64,000 nt of DNA. Source: an uncultured Acidobacteriota bacterium. Lineage in GTDB: Bacteria; Acidobacteriota; Blastocatellia; RBC074. The notes under the pieces are model-generated. The model was not told the origin of the DNA, did not search any database, and saw only the letters and a list, made by a program, of their open reading frames with translations. The stretch spans positions 2,870,899 through 2,934,898 of the forward strand of contig CAWCKY010000006.1 of assembly GCA_963796275.1 (NCBI GenBank). The letters run 5' to 3'. The position numbers were made by a program, and so were the translations under genes. Positions 50,505-59,162 of this stretch are shown in pieces (positions within the stretch are counted from its first letter, which is position 1; each line of letters starts with the position of its first letter).

Positions 50505-51329
50505 TTATTGCCTGCGGAGGTATCCCATATCAATTAGAATCTGTTTGGTCAGGTTGATGCGCCGGTCGCGAATGGCGGCGGAGCTCTCTCCTTCAAGGTT
50601 GGTTGCAAAGAAGTAGACATTATCTTTGGTCTCCAGATATCCCACGAACCAGCCGAGGTATCGGCCCTCGGCCAGCGGCCCGGCGCCGGTCTTGGCGCTC
50701 AGCTTATAGTCGGCGGTCTTTTCCAGTGTGAGTATATCTTTCACGATTTCGACAGTTCGTTTTGACACAGGTAGTTGTTCACGATAAAACCTCTTCAGGA
50801 ATTCGATCTGTTCGTCGGCGGAGATGCTCAGGCTGCCCCGCAGCCAGAAGGCCTCGAACAAGCGGGGGCTTTGCCAGCCACTAGAGATGTCCTGATTTCC
50901 ATAACCGAATCCCGTGACAAGCCGGCGCATGCGCGGCTCGTCAATGCGCCGCGCCAATTCGCGATAATACCAGAGGACGGAATATTTGATCGCCGAGCGG
51001 AGCGTATGGTCGCGATTCCATTCGGGCAGGGAGTTGTCTTGCGCCGGATACTTCTTGCTATCCCATGGAATCACGAACTCCGCATCCTTGATGACGCCGG
51101 TCTCTAGACCAATCAGCGAGGTGGGAATCTTGAAGGTCGAAAAAGGTGTAAATCGCTCCCGGCAGCGCTGCTCGTTATAACGCAGATAGCGGTCGTTCTT
51201 CAGGTCATACAGAACAAACGCGCCTTCAGTGTTCTGGAAATATTTGCTCAGGTCCTGCGCCCTGATCCCGACGGAAACGGAAATGCACAACAGTGGCGCC
51301 AAGAGACGGAGTAATCTTGTCTTTCGCAT
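50505..51329 (-). CDS. blaOXA: class D (OXA-type) beta-lactamase
   Basis: Signal peptide; STFK, S-V-L at the SxV position, YGN, FWL, KTG, GWFVG. Confidence 0.88.
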   Translation of the reverse strand: MRKTRLLRLLAPLLCISVSVGIRAQDLSKYFQNTEGAFVLYDLKNDRYLRYNEQRCRERFTPFSTFKIPTSLIGLETGVIKDAEFVIPWDSKKYPAQDNSLPEWNRDHTLRSAIKYSVLWYYRELARRIDEPRMRRLVTGFGYGNQDISSGWQSPRLFEAFWLRGSLSISADEQIEFLKRFYREQLPVSKRTVEIVKDILTLEKTADYKLSAKTGAGPLAEGRYLGWFVGYLETKDNVYFFATNLEGESSAAIRDRRINLTKQILIDMGYLRRQ

Positions 51330-51913
51330 TATGCTCCTAACTAAAATGAACCATTAATCTGCTGGATGTCAGCGCATCAGACCAAGCGCGCGGACTTCGT
51401 CATGGATAATAATTCGTAGATCGGCATAAGGAAACTTGCCTGCGGAGATTGCCGGCCATAGCGAACGACACACATTGCAGATACTCGAAGTCAAAGCGGA
51501 TGCGAACTTCCCGAAAAAGTGATGATGATCAAATGAAAAGACTGTTGCTGGTCTGATTGTGCCGGGGCCACAGTACGTGTCAGTGCTGTAGCATCGCGCA
51601 TCACGCCGTATTCACTGTGTTTGCGTGGTGGGTGGCTTGAATCTTGCTCAGTTGGTAGGAAGGAGTCGGCGGCCCCGCTAGCGGCGTGACGGGGCTTTCT
51701 TCACTAAGCGCTCGGCGACGTTCCAGATACTCTGGATGGAACAATGCCAATCGTTCGACCTGTGAAGAGGGTCACGGCTCTGAGTCGCAAGCAGCCCAAC
51801 CGCAAGCCGCCAAACTCCTCCGGATTAGCGCCGTTACAACCGACGCAGATTGAGGGAAATGATCAAGCCGCCGGTTGTCATCCACCATGAGGCGGCTTGG
51901 CCGTTGCCGTTCT

Positions 51914-52140
51914 TTAGCGCACGGCGATGCCGTTAGCGCTGAGAGGCAAGCCAGTGGCGCCACCGGGCACGGGAATCAAGCGGCCGTCGAATTTGATCTT
52001 ATAACCGCCGATGCTGCTCCCCGCTCCATTGAGAACATGGAGGAAACGCCCGTCGCCGGTGATCGTCACATCGATTGGCCCCGAATCCGTGGTTGCGGCG
52101 CGAGCATCGAGCAATCTGAGCGCGCCATTGAACGCGATAG
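51914..52140 (-). pseudogene. C-terminal remnant of a lactonase-family beta-propeller
   Basis: GPIDVTITGDGRFLHVLN...GLPLSANGIAVR-stop looks like the last blades of such proteins; no credible 5' part. Confidence 0.55.
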
Positions 52141-52180
52141 TACCAGCTCGGCGGGATTGGTGACGAGAGCGCACAAATAA

Positions 52181-52210
52181 TTGACTTTCTCCAAAGCAAG
52201 TTGCTACGAT
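52181..52210 (+). promoter_or_regulatory. sigma70-type promoter of RAPP leader gene 1
   Basis: TTGACT-N18-TACGAT with an extended -10 TG; ATG 12 nt downstream, so nearly leaderless. Confidence 0.5.
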
Positions 52211-52222
52211 GACCGCCGTCGA

Positions 52223-52660
52223 ATGATCGTCAAGCTAAAAATCTGGCTCAGGTTACGCGCGGCGGTTGCGGTGCTGGCGCTGGCACTAGGATGGATCTCT
52301 ACCCCGCTTTCGCTGGCCGCGATAGAGCCGGATGTTTGCGAAATGGAATGCTGCATTGCGGAGGGCCATTGTTGCTGTGCGGTGCGGCTCCCTTATGTCA
52401 AAGGCAATGAGCCGAAGCCGGGAGATGTCTCACTCACTATTGAAACGGCGTTGACCGACCCATGTCCGGCCGGTTGTGCCGCTTCCGGAGTTTCCGTAAA
52501 AAACAAGCTACTTCGAGCGGCGCATGCGCAAGCGCCGCTCGTAACGCTCGCATCCATCCCACCGGAGCTCTACCAGAGCCCATTTCTGCTTGATCATCAA
52601 TTTACCGCGCAACCATCCTCTCCTCGCGCTCCTCCCGCCTGTGACGGGCATATCGCCTGA
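52223..52660 (+). CDS. secreted Cys-rich small protein with C-terminal RAPP motif (CruR/CutF/DUF2946-like leader), copy 1
   Basis: Signal peptide; CEMECCIAEGHCCC; CPAGC; PRAPP near the C-terminus; paralog at 53092. Confidence 0.78.
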   Translation: MIVKLKIWLRLRAAVAVLALALGWISTPLSLAAIEPDVCEMECCIAEGHCCCAVRLPYVKGNEPKPGDVSLTIETALTDPCPAGCAASGVSVKNKLLRAAHAQAPLVTLASIPPELYQSPFLLDHQFTAQPSSPRAPPACDGHIA

Positions 52661-52839
52661 AATAATCATTACCATTCAACCTCATATTGATTGACGTCGA
52701 GATGAGCCTGCCGACTTGTCGGAGACCGCGCTATTCGACGTTGGTCGCTCGATCGCTATTTCATTCGACGTCGGTCGAATGCTGGCGCCCGTTCTTTCGG
52801 CGTTCGCCGTGTCTAAAGCGATGGGAGGTTGAATTCGAT

Positions 52840-53077
52840 TGCGTGGGGCGGAACACGCTGATCTGGACCTTGCATTAACAAAACGTTCCGGCTGCGTGAG
52901 CGTCTCAACCTGCAATTCCGCACCGGGGTGTTCAATTCGCTCAATCATCCGAACCTCTCGATTCCCAGCCAGCGCACGGTCTTTTCGCGCTCAGGCGAGG
53001 TCGGGAGCACGGGGTTGATCACCACGACGAGAACATCGTCGAGGCAACTCCAGTTCGGACTGAAATTGACCTTCTGA
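52840..53077 (+). pseudogene. C-terminal remnant of an Oar-like TonB-dependent receptor
   Basis: Frameshifted GRNTLI...DLALTKR...RLRERLNLQFRTGVFNSLNHPN...TSSRQLQFGLKLTF-stop, the typical acidobacterial TBDR tail. Confidence 0.7.
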
Positions 53078-53091
53078 TATTCGGATAAAGA

Positions 53092-53535
53092 ATGATCCCG
53101 CATCGATCACAAACAGGGTTTCGGCTGCGAGCTGCATTGGTAATGCTCCTGCTGCTGTTCGGCGCGACCGCGCCTTCGGCTAGGATATGGCTGCCGGAGC
53201 CTGTTACCTGCGGGATGGTTTGCTGTGAAGAGAGCGGCGTCTGCCATTGCCGGCATCATCATGCTGGCGAATATGAGGTGACCGGCGAGGCTGCGCGCAC
53301 CGGAACTCATGCCGTCAAACTGAGTGAGGTCAGCATCGGCCGTTTCTGCCCGGCGCAATGCGCGCAGCTTCCGGCCGGTTATCAAAAGCATTCGATCACC
53401 AGGACGCAGCCACTTCGTTACGCCTTCGCCGCCGGCCCTGCTCGCCGGTCATTCAATCACACTCCGTTTTTAGCGCGCGATACCTTGATGGTCGAAGCGC
53501 ATGCTCCGCGCGCCCCTCCGTCCATTCTCCTCTGA
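53092..53535 (+). CDS. secreted Cys/His-rich small protein with C-terminal RAPP motif, copy 2
   Basis: Signal peptide; CGMVCCEESGVCHCRHHH; CPAQC; PRAPP. Confidence 0.78.
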   Translation: MIPHRSQTGFRLRAALVMLLLLFGATAPSARIWLPEPVTCGMVCCEESGVCHCRHHHAGEYEVTGEAARTGTHAVKLSEVSIGRFCPAQCAQLPAGYQKHSITRTQPLRYAFAAGPARRSFNHTPFLARDTLMVEAHAPRAPPSILL

Positions 53536-53857
53536 TCAATTCATCCGGTTCCCGTAATGCTGAGCCAGTGATAACGCCGGTCTCGTGTGCGGTGACGCGG
53601 GCAATTGTACTTAAGGGTCTGCAAGTCGCGTCGTGTTTGCTCACGTCGCCAGTCCGTTTTGCCGCCATGCAATCACCGCTTCACTTACCGGTTCTGCATT
53701 GCTCGGCATGAGGGTAGTTCATACCTGGAACCTTCTTCGTTTGACATCAGCTTCGAGTGCCCGCGCTGAAAGTTCAAGCTTGTGGTTCAAGACAAATTAC
53801 GGAGGAGTCATCAAATGAAAAACAGCGATACAGAGGCCTGCATGCACATGCCGGCTG

Positions 53858-54135
53858 AGAGCCAACGCATTGATTGCCAGGCTCTTCGGATTCGGAACCT
53901 CCTTCATCAAAAGGACGCTCAGGATGGATCGGGGCGAAGAGAACGCTGACCCGAGAGACGATGCCACGCTCTCTCTTGATGAGGAGCAACTGGAATCGCT
54001 TCAAGCGGCGGTCGAGGTTTGCCCCGACGCGACGCTCGACGAATTGCAGAGACTCGTCGCCGACCAGTGCAAAGCCACAGTCAGCTAGATAAGCATCTAT
54101 CGCGCCTTGAAGCAGCTGAACCTGCCTCTCGCGAA
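53858..54135 (+). mobile_element. IS630-family transposase N-terminal remnant
   Basis: IARLFGFGTSFIKR HTH and PDATLDEL...TVS*ISIYRALKQL with an internal stop; no DDE domain. Confidence 0.6.
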
Positions 54136-54272
54136 GAGTGGAGAGAACATCGATCAATTCCATTCACTCGGATAAGAGGCATATCCAGCTCGAGGCGAAG
54201 ATTGTTTTTGAACATGAGAGCCTGAATCGAGAACTGCGGACAGGCTCTACAAATTAGGAAAAAGGAGTTGCA

Positions 54273-55490
54273 ATGAATCTTCTGATTATCTCTCTATCTC
54301 TGATCTTCATTTCGAATTTTGCGCACATCGCAACTGCCCAGAACGGGAAGACGTCAGGATTGACGCTGGCGATGAAAGTGGTGAGCAATCCAGCCGCCTC
54401 AGGCAGCTCGCAGTCGCGTCTGACCGTCACCCCAGATGGGCGCGCGCTGCTCTCGTGGCTCGAACCAGCTGGTGCGAAGGGCAGGGTGTTGAAGTTCGCC
54501 GTCCAGCAGAAGAGCGGCTGGTCGGCGCCGCGAACTATCGCCAGCGGCCGGCCCTTCGTAACCCACGATTCGGTGCAGCCGGCGGTGACGCTGCTCGGGG
54601 AAGGCTCGCTCATCGCCTACTGGATCGAGAGCCGCCAGTTGCGGGTCAGCAATCAGGCGAAGAAGACCTGGGACCCCGAGGATATCTACTTTAGCAGCTC
54701 GCGCGACGGCGGCAGAAAGTGGACCCCGCCAGCCGTGTTGCACCGCGACATGAGCGATTGCGAGCACAGCTTCCTGTCGATCGCTCCTCTCGCGGACGAT
54801 CAGGTCGCCGCCATCTGGCTTGATGGGCGCGATAAGACCTACGCCGTGCGCCATACCATCACGAAAACCGCCGGCGGACCAGGCGAAGAGACCGTGCTCG
54901 ACACCGACGTCTGCACCTGCTGCCCGACGGCGATGGCCCGGACGGGCGAGGGGTTGATCGTCGCTTACCGTGATCACACGGGCGAGACGCGCGACATCTC
55001 GTATGTGCGATTCGCGCAAGGGCGATGGCATGAACCTCAGCCGCTCCACCCCGACGGCTGGAAGATCGATGGCTGCCCGGTGAACGGCGTCGACCTGGAC
55101 GCTGACGGGCAAAGCGTCGTCGCCGCCTGGTTTACCGCTGCCAACGATCAAACCCAGGTCAAAGTCTCTTTCTCGAACGACGCCGGTGAGAGTTTCAGCA
55201 CGCCCGTTCGTGTAGATGAAGGACGCCCCGCGGGGCGCGCCGCTGTCGCTTCAGCCCCGGATGGTGGCGCGTTTATCGCCTGGATTGAAAAAGGCGAGAA
55301 GCATTCGCTATTGCTCGCCCGGTATGCCGGTGCTGACGGCAGACTCGGGCCTCCGATCCTGATCACGCAAAGCACAAAATCTTTCCCGCGCCTCGCGCGA
55401 TTGGGCGATCAGGCGATGCTTACGTGGACGGCTGCAGGCTCGACGCGCACGGCGTTTCTCTCGGTTCAAGCTCATTCGGCGGCAAAGTGA
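54273..55490 (+). CDS. BNR/Asp-box (sialidase-like) exported beta-propeller with Cys motifs
   Basis: Signal peptide; Asp boxes SRDGGRKW and SNDAGESF; VCTCCPT, YRD, WKIDGCPVNG; RBS AAAGGAG. Confidence 0.8.
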   Translation: MNLLIISLSLIFISNFAHIATAQNGKTSGLTLAMKVVSNPAASGSSQSRLTVTPDGRALLSWLEPAGAKGRVLKFAVQQKSGWSAPRTIASGRPFVTHDSVQPAVTLLGEGSLIAYWIESRQLRVSNQAKKTWDPEDIYFSSSRDGGRKWTPPAVLHRDMSDCEHSFLSIAPLADDQVAAIWLDGRDKTYAVRHTITKTAGGPGEETVLDTDVCTCCPTAMARTGEGLIVAYRDHTGETRDISYVRFAQGRWHEPQPLHPDGWKIDGCPVNGVDLDADGQSVVAAWFTAANDQTQVKVSFSNDAGESFSTPVRVDEGRPAGRAAVASAPDGGAFIAWIEKGEKHSLLLARYAGADGRLGPPILITQSTKSFPRLARLGDQAMLTWTAAGSTRTAFLSVQAHSAAK

Positions 55491-55548
55491 ACCGGCTAGG
55501 CTGTTATCTGACAGATTCGCGGTAATTGATCGCAAGGAAAGGAAAACT

Positions 55549-57816
55549 ATGAAGAGGTACACCCCCATATCGGTTTTGCTCATTCTTATACTCAACCTGG
55601 CATCTGTTTCGGCGCAGGAAAGCGTAAATATCTCCGGCGTAGTCACCGACCCGAATGGCGCGGTCGTCGCGGGCGCGCAGGTCACCGCCGTCAACACGCT
55701 CATCAGAGAGCAGAGGCGCGCCACGACGGACGCGCAAGGTCATTACGCCATAGACAACTTAGCGCCGGGCGCGTACACCGTCACGGTGTCGGCTAAGGGG
55801 TTCGCCACCGCGACGAGGGAGGTGCGCCTCGGCGCCGCGAACGGCGCGGTTGATTTCCGACTTTCGATTAGCGCCGTCGGCGAGACCGTCACGGTGGAGG
55901 CTGAGACGGCGCGCGTTGAGCTGGAGCGCACGCCGGGCGGGGTCGCCGTCGTCGCCGGGCGCGACCTCTCTCAGACTCGCGCGTACAACCTGCGCGATGT
56001 GTTCGAGTATACGCCGGGTGTGCTGGCGCAATCGCGCTTCGGTTCCGACGAGGTGCAGATCTCAATCCGCGGCTCCGGACTCAGGAACAACTATCACGGG
56101 CGCGGCGTCAACATCCTGATTAACGGCATCCCGCATATGGATGCAGACGGTTTTAGCGATTTCGAGGTTTTGGACTTTCTCGCCGCGCAGCGCGTCGAAG
56201 TCTGGAAGGGGGCGAACGCCCTGCGCTACGGCGGCAACACTTCGGGCGGCGCAATCAACCTCGTGACGGAGACGGGCAAGACCGCCCCGCCCTTTGAGCT
56301 CCGCGTGCAGGGCGGCTCGTTCGGTTCGTTTGAAGGGCACGTGGCGACGGGCGGCGAGCGCGGTCGTTTCAACTACTTCCTGAGCTTCACGGACGTAGAA
56401 CTGGATGGCTACCGCGAGCATAGCCAGCAGGGGCGGCAACGCCTCTACGGCAATTTCAACTTCGCCCTCGACGACAGGACGGACTTCAACCTCGACATCG
56501 TGTACGCCAACATCGGGGAGAGATATCCAGGCCCGCTGACGCGCGAGGAATTCTTCCGCGACCCGCGCGCCGCTGTCCCCATCTACGTGCAGCAGGATCA
56601 GGGTCGCTTCGTTGATTATACGCGCCTTGGATTGGGGATGCGCCGCCGCTTCTACAGCGGGCACGAGTTCTCTTTCAACGTCTTCGGGCAGTACCGCAAC
56701 CTCGAGCACCCGATCTTCAACGTGCTCGATCAGGACACGCGCACCTTCGGCGGCGAGTTCCGTTACGGCTACACGGGCGAGCGCAACCGTTTGTTCATCG
56801 GCTTCTCGCCGCAGGTGACTCCGAACGGCGGGCGCCGCTTTGAAAATATCAACGGACAGAGCGGGGCGCAGACCGCCCACTTCGACTCGCTCGCCACGAA
56901 CTACGGCATCTACATTGAAAATCAGTTCGACATCCACCCGTCGTTCACGCTCGTCACGGGGGCGCGCGCTGATTGGGCAGTGCGACGCTTCACCGACTTC
57001 TTCCTCGCCAACGGCGACCAGTCCGACCGTCGGACGTTCAAAGCCTTCTCGCCCAAACTGGGATTCGTCTGGCGAGCGCGCGACCAGATGCAGGTCTTCG
57101 CCAACGTGAGCCGCTCTTACGAGCCGCCGGTCTTGAACATTGAATTGATCAGCTTCGGCGCGCCCGGCTTTCTGCCGCTGGGTGCTCAGGACAGCTGGCA
57201 GACTGAGGTCGGCACGCGCGGGCGCGCAGGGCAAAGGCTCAACTACGAGCTGACGTTCTTCAATCTCGAAATCAACGACGAAATCATCAACACCAACGTC
57301 CTCCCGTTTCCCGGCGCGCCCTTCACCATTCCGAGCTTCCGCAGCGCGCCCAACACGCGCCACACTGGGGTTGAACTCGCGCTCGACGCCACACTCCGGA
57401 AAGGGCTTTTCACCGGCAGCGACGCGCTCTCAGCGCGTACGGCTTACACCTTCTCGCGCTTCCGCTACGTTGATGACCCGACGTACTTCAATAACTACCT
57501 GCCGGGCGCGCCGCGCCATCTCGTCCGCTCCGAACTTCGTTACGACCACCCGCGCGGTTTCTGGATAGCGCCGAACGTTGACTGGTCGCCCGCGACTTAT
57601 TTCATGGACAGCGCGAACACGGCGCGCAACGACAAGTACGCGGTGCTGAACTGTAGGGCGGGCTTCGACCGGCAACGGTGGGGCATCTTCTTCGCGGCGA
57701 ATAATCTGACCGACCGGCTCTACTCGGCGTCGGTTCAAGTTGACAGCGCCGCGGGTACCTTCTTCGAGCCGGCGAATGGGCGCTCGATATTCGGCGGGAT
57801 AAGCGTGCGGTTTTGA
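55549..57816 (+). CDS. TonB-dependent receptor with N-terminal carboxypeptidase-regulatory-like domain
   Basis: Signal peptide; GVVTDPNGAVVAGA; plug SIRGSG...RVEVWKGANALRYG...GGAIN; NNLTDRLY; C-terminal Phe. Confidence 0.92.
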   Translation: MKRYTPISVLLILILNLASVSAQESVNISGVVTDPNGAVVAGAQVTAVNTLIREQRRATTDAQGHYAIDNLAPGAYTVTVSAKGFATATREVRLGAANGAVDFRLSISAVGETVTVEAETARVELERTPGGVAVVAGRDLSQTRAYNLRDVFEYTPGVLAQSRFGSDEVQISIRGSGLRNNYHGRGVNILINGIPHMDADGFSDFEVLDFLAAQRVEVWKGANALRYGGNTSGGAINLVTETGKTAPPFELRVQGGSFGSFEGHVATGGERGRFNYFLSFTDVELDGYREHSQQGRQRLYGNFNFALDDRTDFNLDIVYANIGERYPGPLTREEFFRDPRAAVPIYVQQDQGRFVDYTRLGLGMRRRFYSGHEFSFNVFGQYRNLEHPIFNVLDQDTRTFGGEFRYGYTGERNRLFIGFSPQVTPNGGRRFENINGQSGAQTAHFDSLATNYGIYIENQFDIHPSFTLVTGARADWAVRRFTDFFLANGDQSDRRTFKAFSPKLGFVWRARDQMQVFANVSRSYEPPVLNIELISFGAPGFLPLGAQDSWQTEVGTRGRAGQRLNYELTFFNLEINDEIINTNVLPFPGAPFTIPSFRSAPNTRHTGVELALDATLRKGLFTGSDALSARTAYTFSRFRYVDDPTYFNNYLPGAPRHLVRSELRYDHPRGFWIAPNVDWSPATYFMDSANTARNDKYAVLNCRAGFDRQRWGIFFAANNLTDRLYSASVQVDSAAGTFFEPANGRSIFGGISVRF

Positions 57817-57841
57817 TTCTACCCTTTGGAGGAAAATATCT

Positions 57842-58486
57842 GTGAATCGCAAAAGCGAAATAACGAGGGAAAGGAAGCGACGCAAAATGGCCGGCGCCGC
57901 GATCGCTCTTCTTCTTGTGACCGGATTCGCGCTGGCGGCCTCGGTGCGGATGAACGCTGCGCCGATCCGGCTGCTACAGAAGGAGAAGCGTTACGAACTG
58001 AGAGGCGTCGTCAAGTCCGTGGACAAGCCGAACCGCCGGGCCACGATCAAACACGAAAAGGTCGGCGATTACATGGATGCGATGACGATGCCGTTTCTGA
58101 TCAAGGACGAGAAGGCTTTGAATACGATGCGACCGGGCGATCAGATCAAGGCGACGCTGGTTGTGACCAACGATGGCGGGCTATGGCTGGAAAACGTTTC
58201 CATCACATCGAAAGGAAATTCCAGCCTGGAAGAAAAGAACGCGCAATCTGAAGCTGCCATCCCACTCTTGGGACTTGATCCGGTCGCGCTCATCGAGGGC
58301 AGGGAAGTTAGGGGCAAGGAGGAATTCAGCCCCAGGTCGAAGAACTCGTTAATGGCGCACATCGTTCTTCGACCGCCAGCATCGCTCGTGAAGAACCTGA
58401 TGGAGCAGGCGGTGCTGATCGCAGATGAAGACAGCGGCGAAGCCTGGTTGGAAGGCTTTCGTCCGCGGCGAAAACGGAAGCGATGA
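57842..58486 (+). CDS. CusF-like copper-binding protein with a truncated YHS-like extension
   Basis: RYELRGVVKSVD...ATIKHEKVGDYMDAMTMPF (H/M/M Cu(I) site); then LGLDPVALIEGREVRG and an unrelated tail. Confidence 0.7.
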   Translation: MNRKSEITRERKRRKMAGAAIALLLVTGFALAASVRMNAAPIRLLQKEKRYELRGVVKSVDKPNRRATIKHEKVGDYMDAMTMPFLIKDEKALNTMRPGDQIKATLVVTNDGGLWLENVSITSKGNSSLEEKNAQSEAAIPLLGLDPVALIEGREVRGKEEFSPRSKNSLMAHIVLRPPASLVKNLMEQAVLIADEDSGEAWLEGFRPRRKRKR

Positions 58487-58740
58487 CATAAAAAGATTGG
58501 CTGAGGCTTCACGACCGGGATTGAGAGTCTATTTTTCTCTTTACATCCTTTCGCTCTCAATGGTGAAGCGCAATGCAGCCAGCCGGGGCGCGCGGAGTTA
58601 ATTGCCGAACGCCCCGGCCTTGTTTACCGGTCGGTCTTTCGGATAACCCATCAATATCAATTGCGATGCGGATATTGGCACTGGCGATACGGCTACACGC
58701 TCGCCGGCGCCGGTCAAAGGTGATCTTATCAGGAGGTAAT

Positions 58741-59020
58741 ATGCGACTCTGTTTTGGTTTGCTCGTAATCGTCGGTTTGCTTATCGGTATATGCTTAAAC
58801 GCACATGCCCAGACAAGCATCAACGGTAGCCTACGCGGGCGCATCATCGATATTAATGGCGCGGCCGTGGCAAGCGCCACAGTCACTCTCACCAATGCCG
58901 GCACCAACATTCGCAGGCTACCATCACGGGCGAAGACGGTTCGTATACTTTTGCACGAATCGTTCCTGGCCGATACTCGATTGTGGCTGAAAAGTCGGGC
59001 TTCAAGCAGGTGCGGCGCGG
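58741..59020 (+). pseudogene. N-terminal remnant of a TonB-dependent receptor (frameshifted and truncated)
   Basis: RBS AGGAGG; signal peptide; GSLRGRIIDINGAAVASATVTLTN, then in another frame TITGEDGSYTFARIVPGRYSIVAEKSGFK. Confidence 0.7.
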
Positions 59021-59150
59021 CAATAAACTGTCGGCGACGGTCCGCGTGCAGCCCGAAGGCAGCTATGTGGTTGGGATTGTCGCGCATACCCCTGCTCAGC
59101 AGCCTCGCTGCTTCGTCAAGCTCAGAGCGGCGCAATTCGCGAATCTCCAA
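59020..59150 (-). pseudogene. N-terminal remnant of a GNAT-like acetyltransferase
   Basis: RBS GGAGG plus TTG; EIRELRRSELDEAARLLSRGMRDNP...AFG; similarity ends where it meets the TBDR remnant. Confidence 0.5.
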
Positions 59151-59162
59151 GCTTCCCTCCGA

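Noticed and set aside
51646-51701. GCTCAGTTGGTAG resembling a tRNA D-arm, followed by a GC hairpin and T-tract
   Set aside because: No anticodon arm, T-arm (GTTCRA) or acceptor stem; at most an orphan terminator
56062-57363. 433-aa ORF antisense to the TonB receptor, and similar long antisense ORFs over GH57, treS and DUF389
   Set aside because: Shadow ORFs from high-GC codon bias opposite well-supported genes
58557-58620. PRAPAG at the end of the minus-strand 197-aa ORF as a third arrest motif
   Set aside because: Not RAPP, has no signal peptide or Cys cluster, and the ORF is read-through of the GNAT remnant into antisense TBDR sequence
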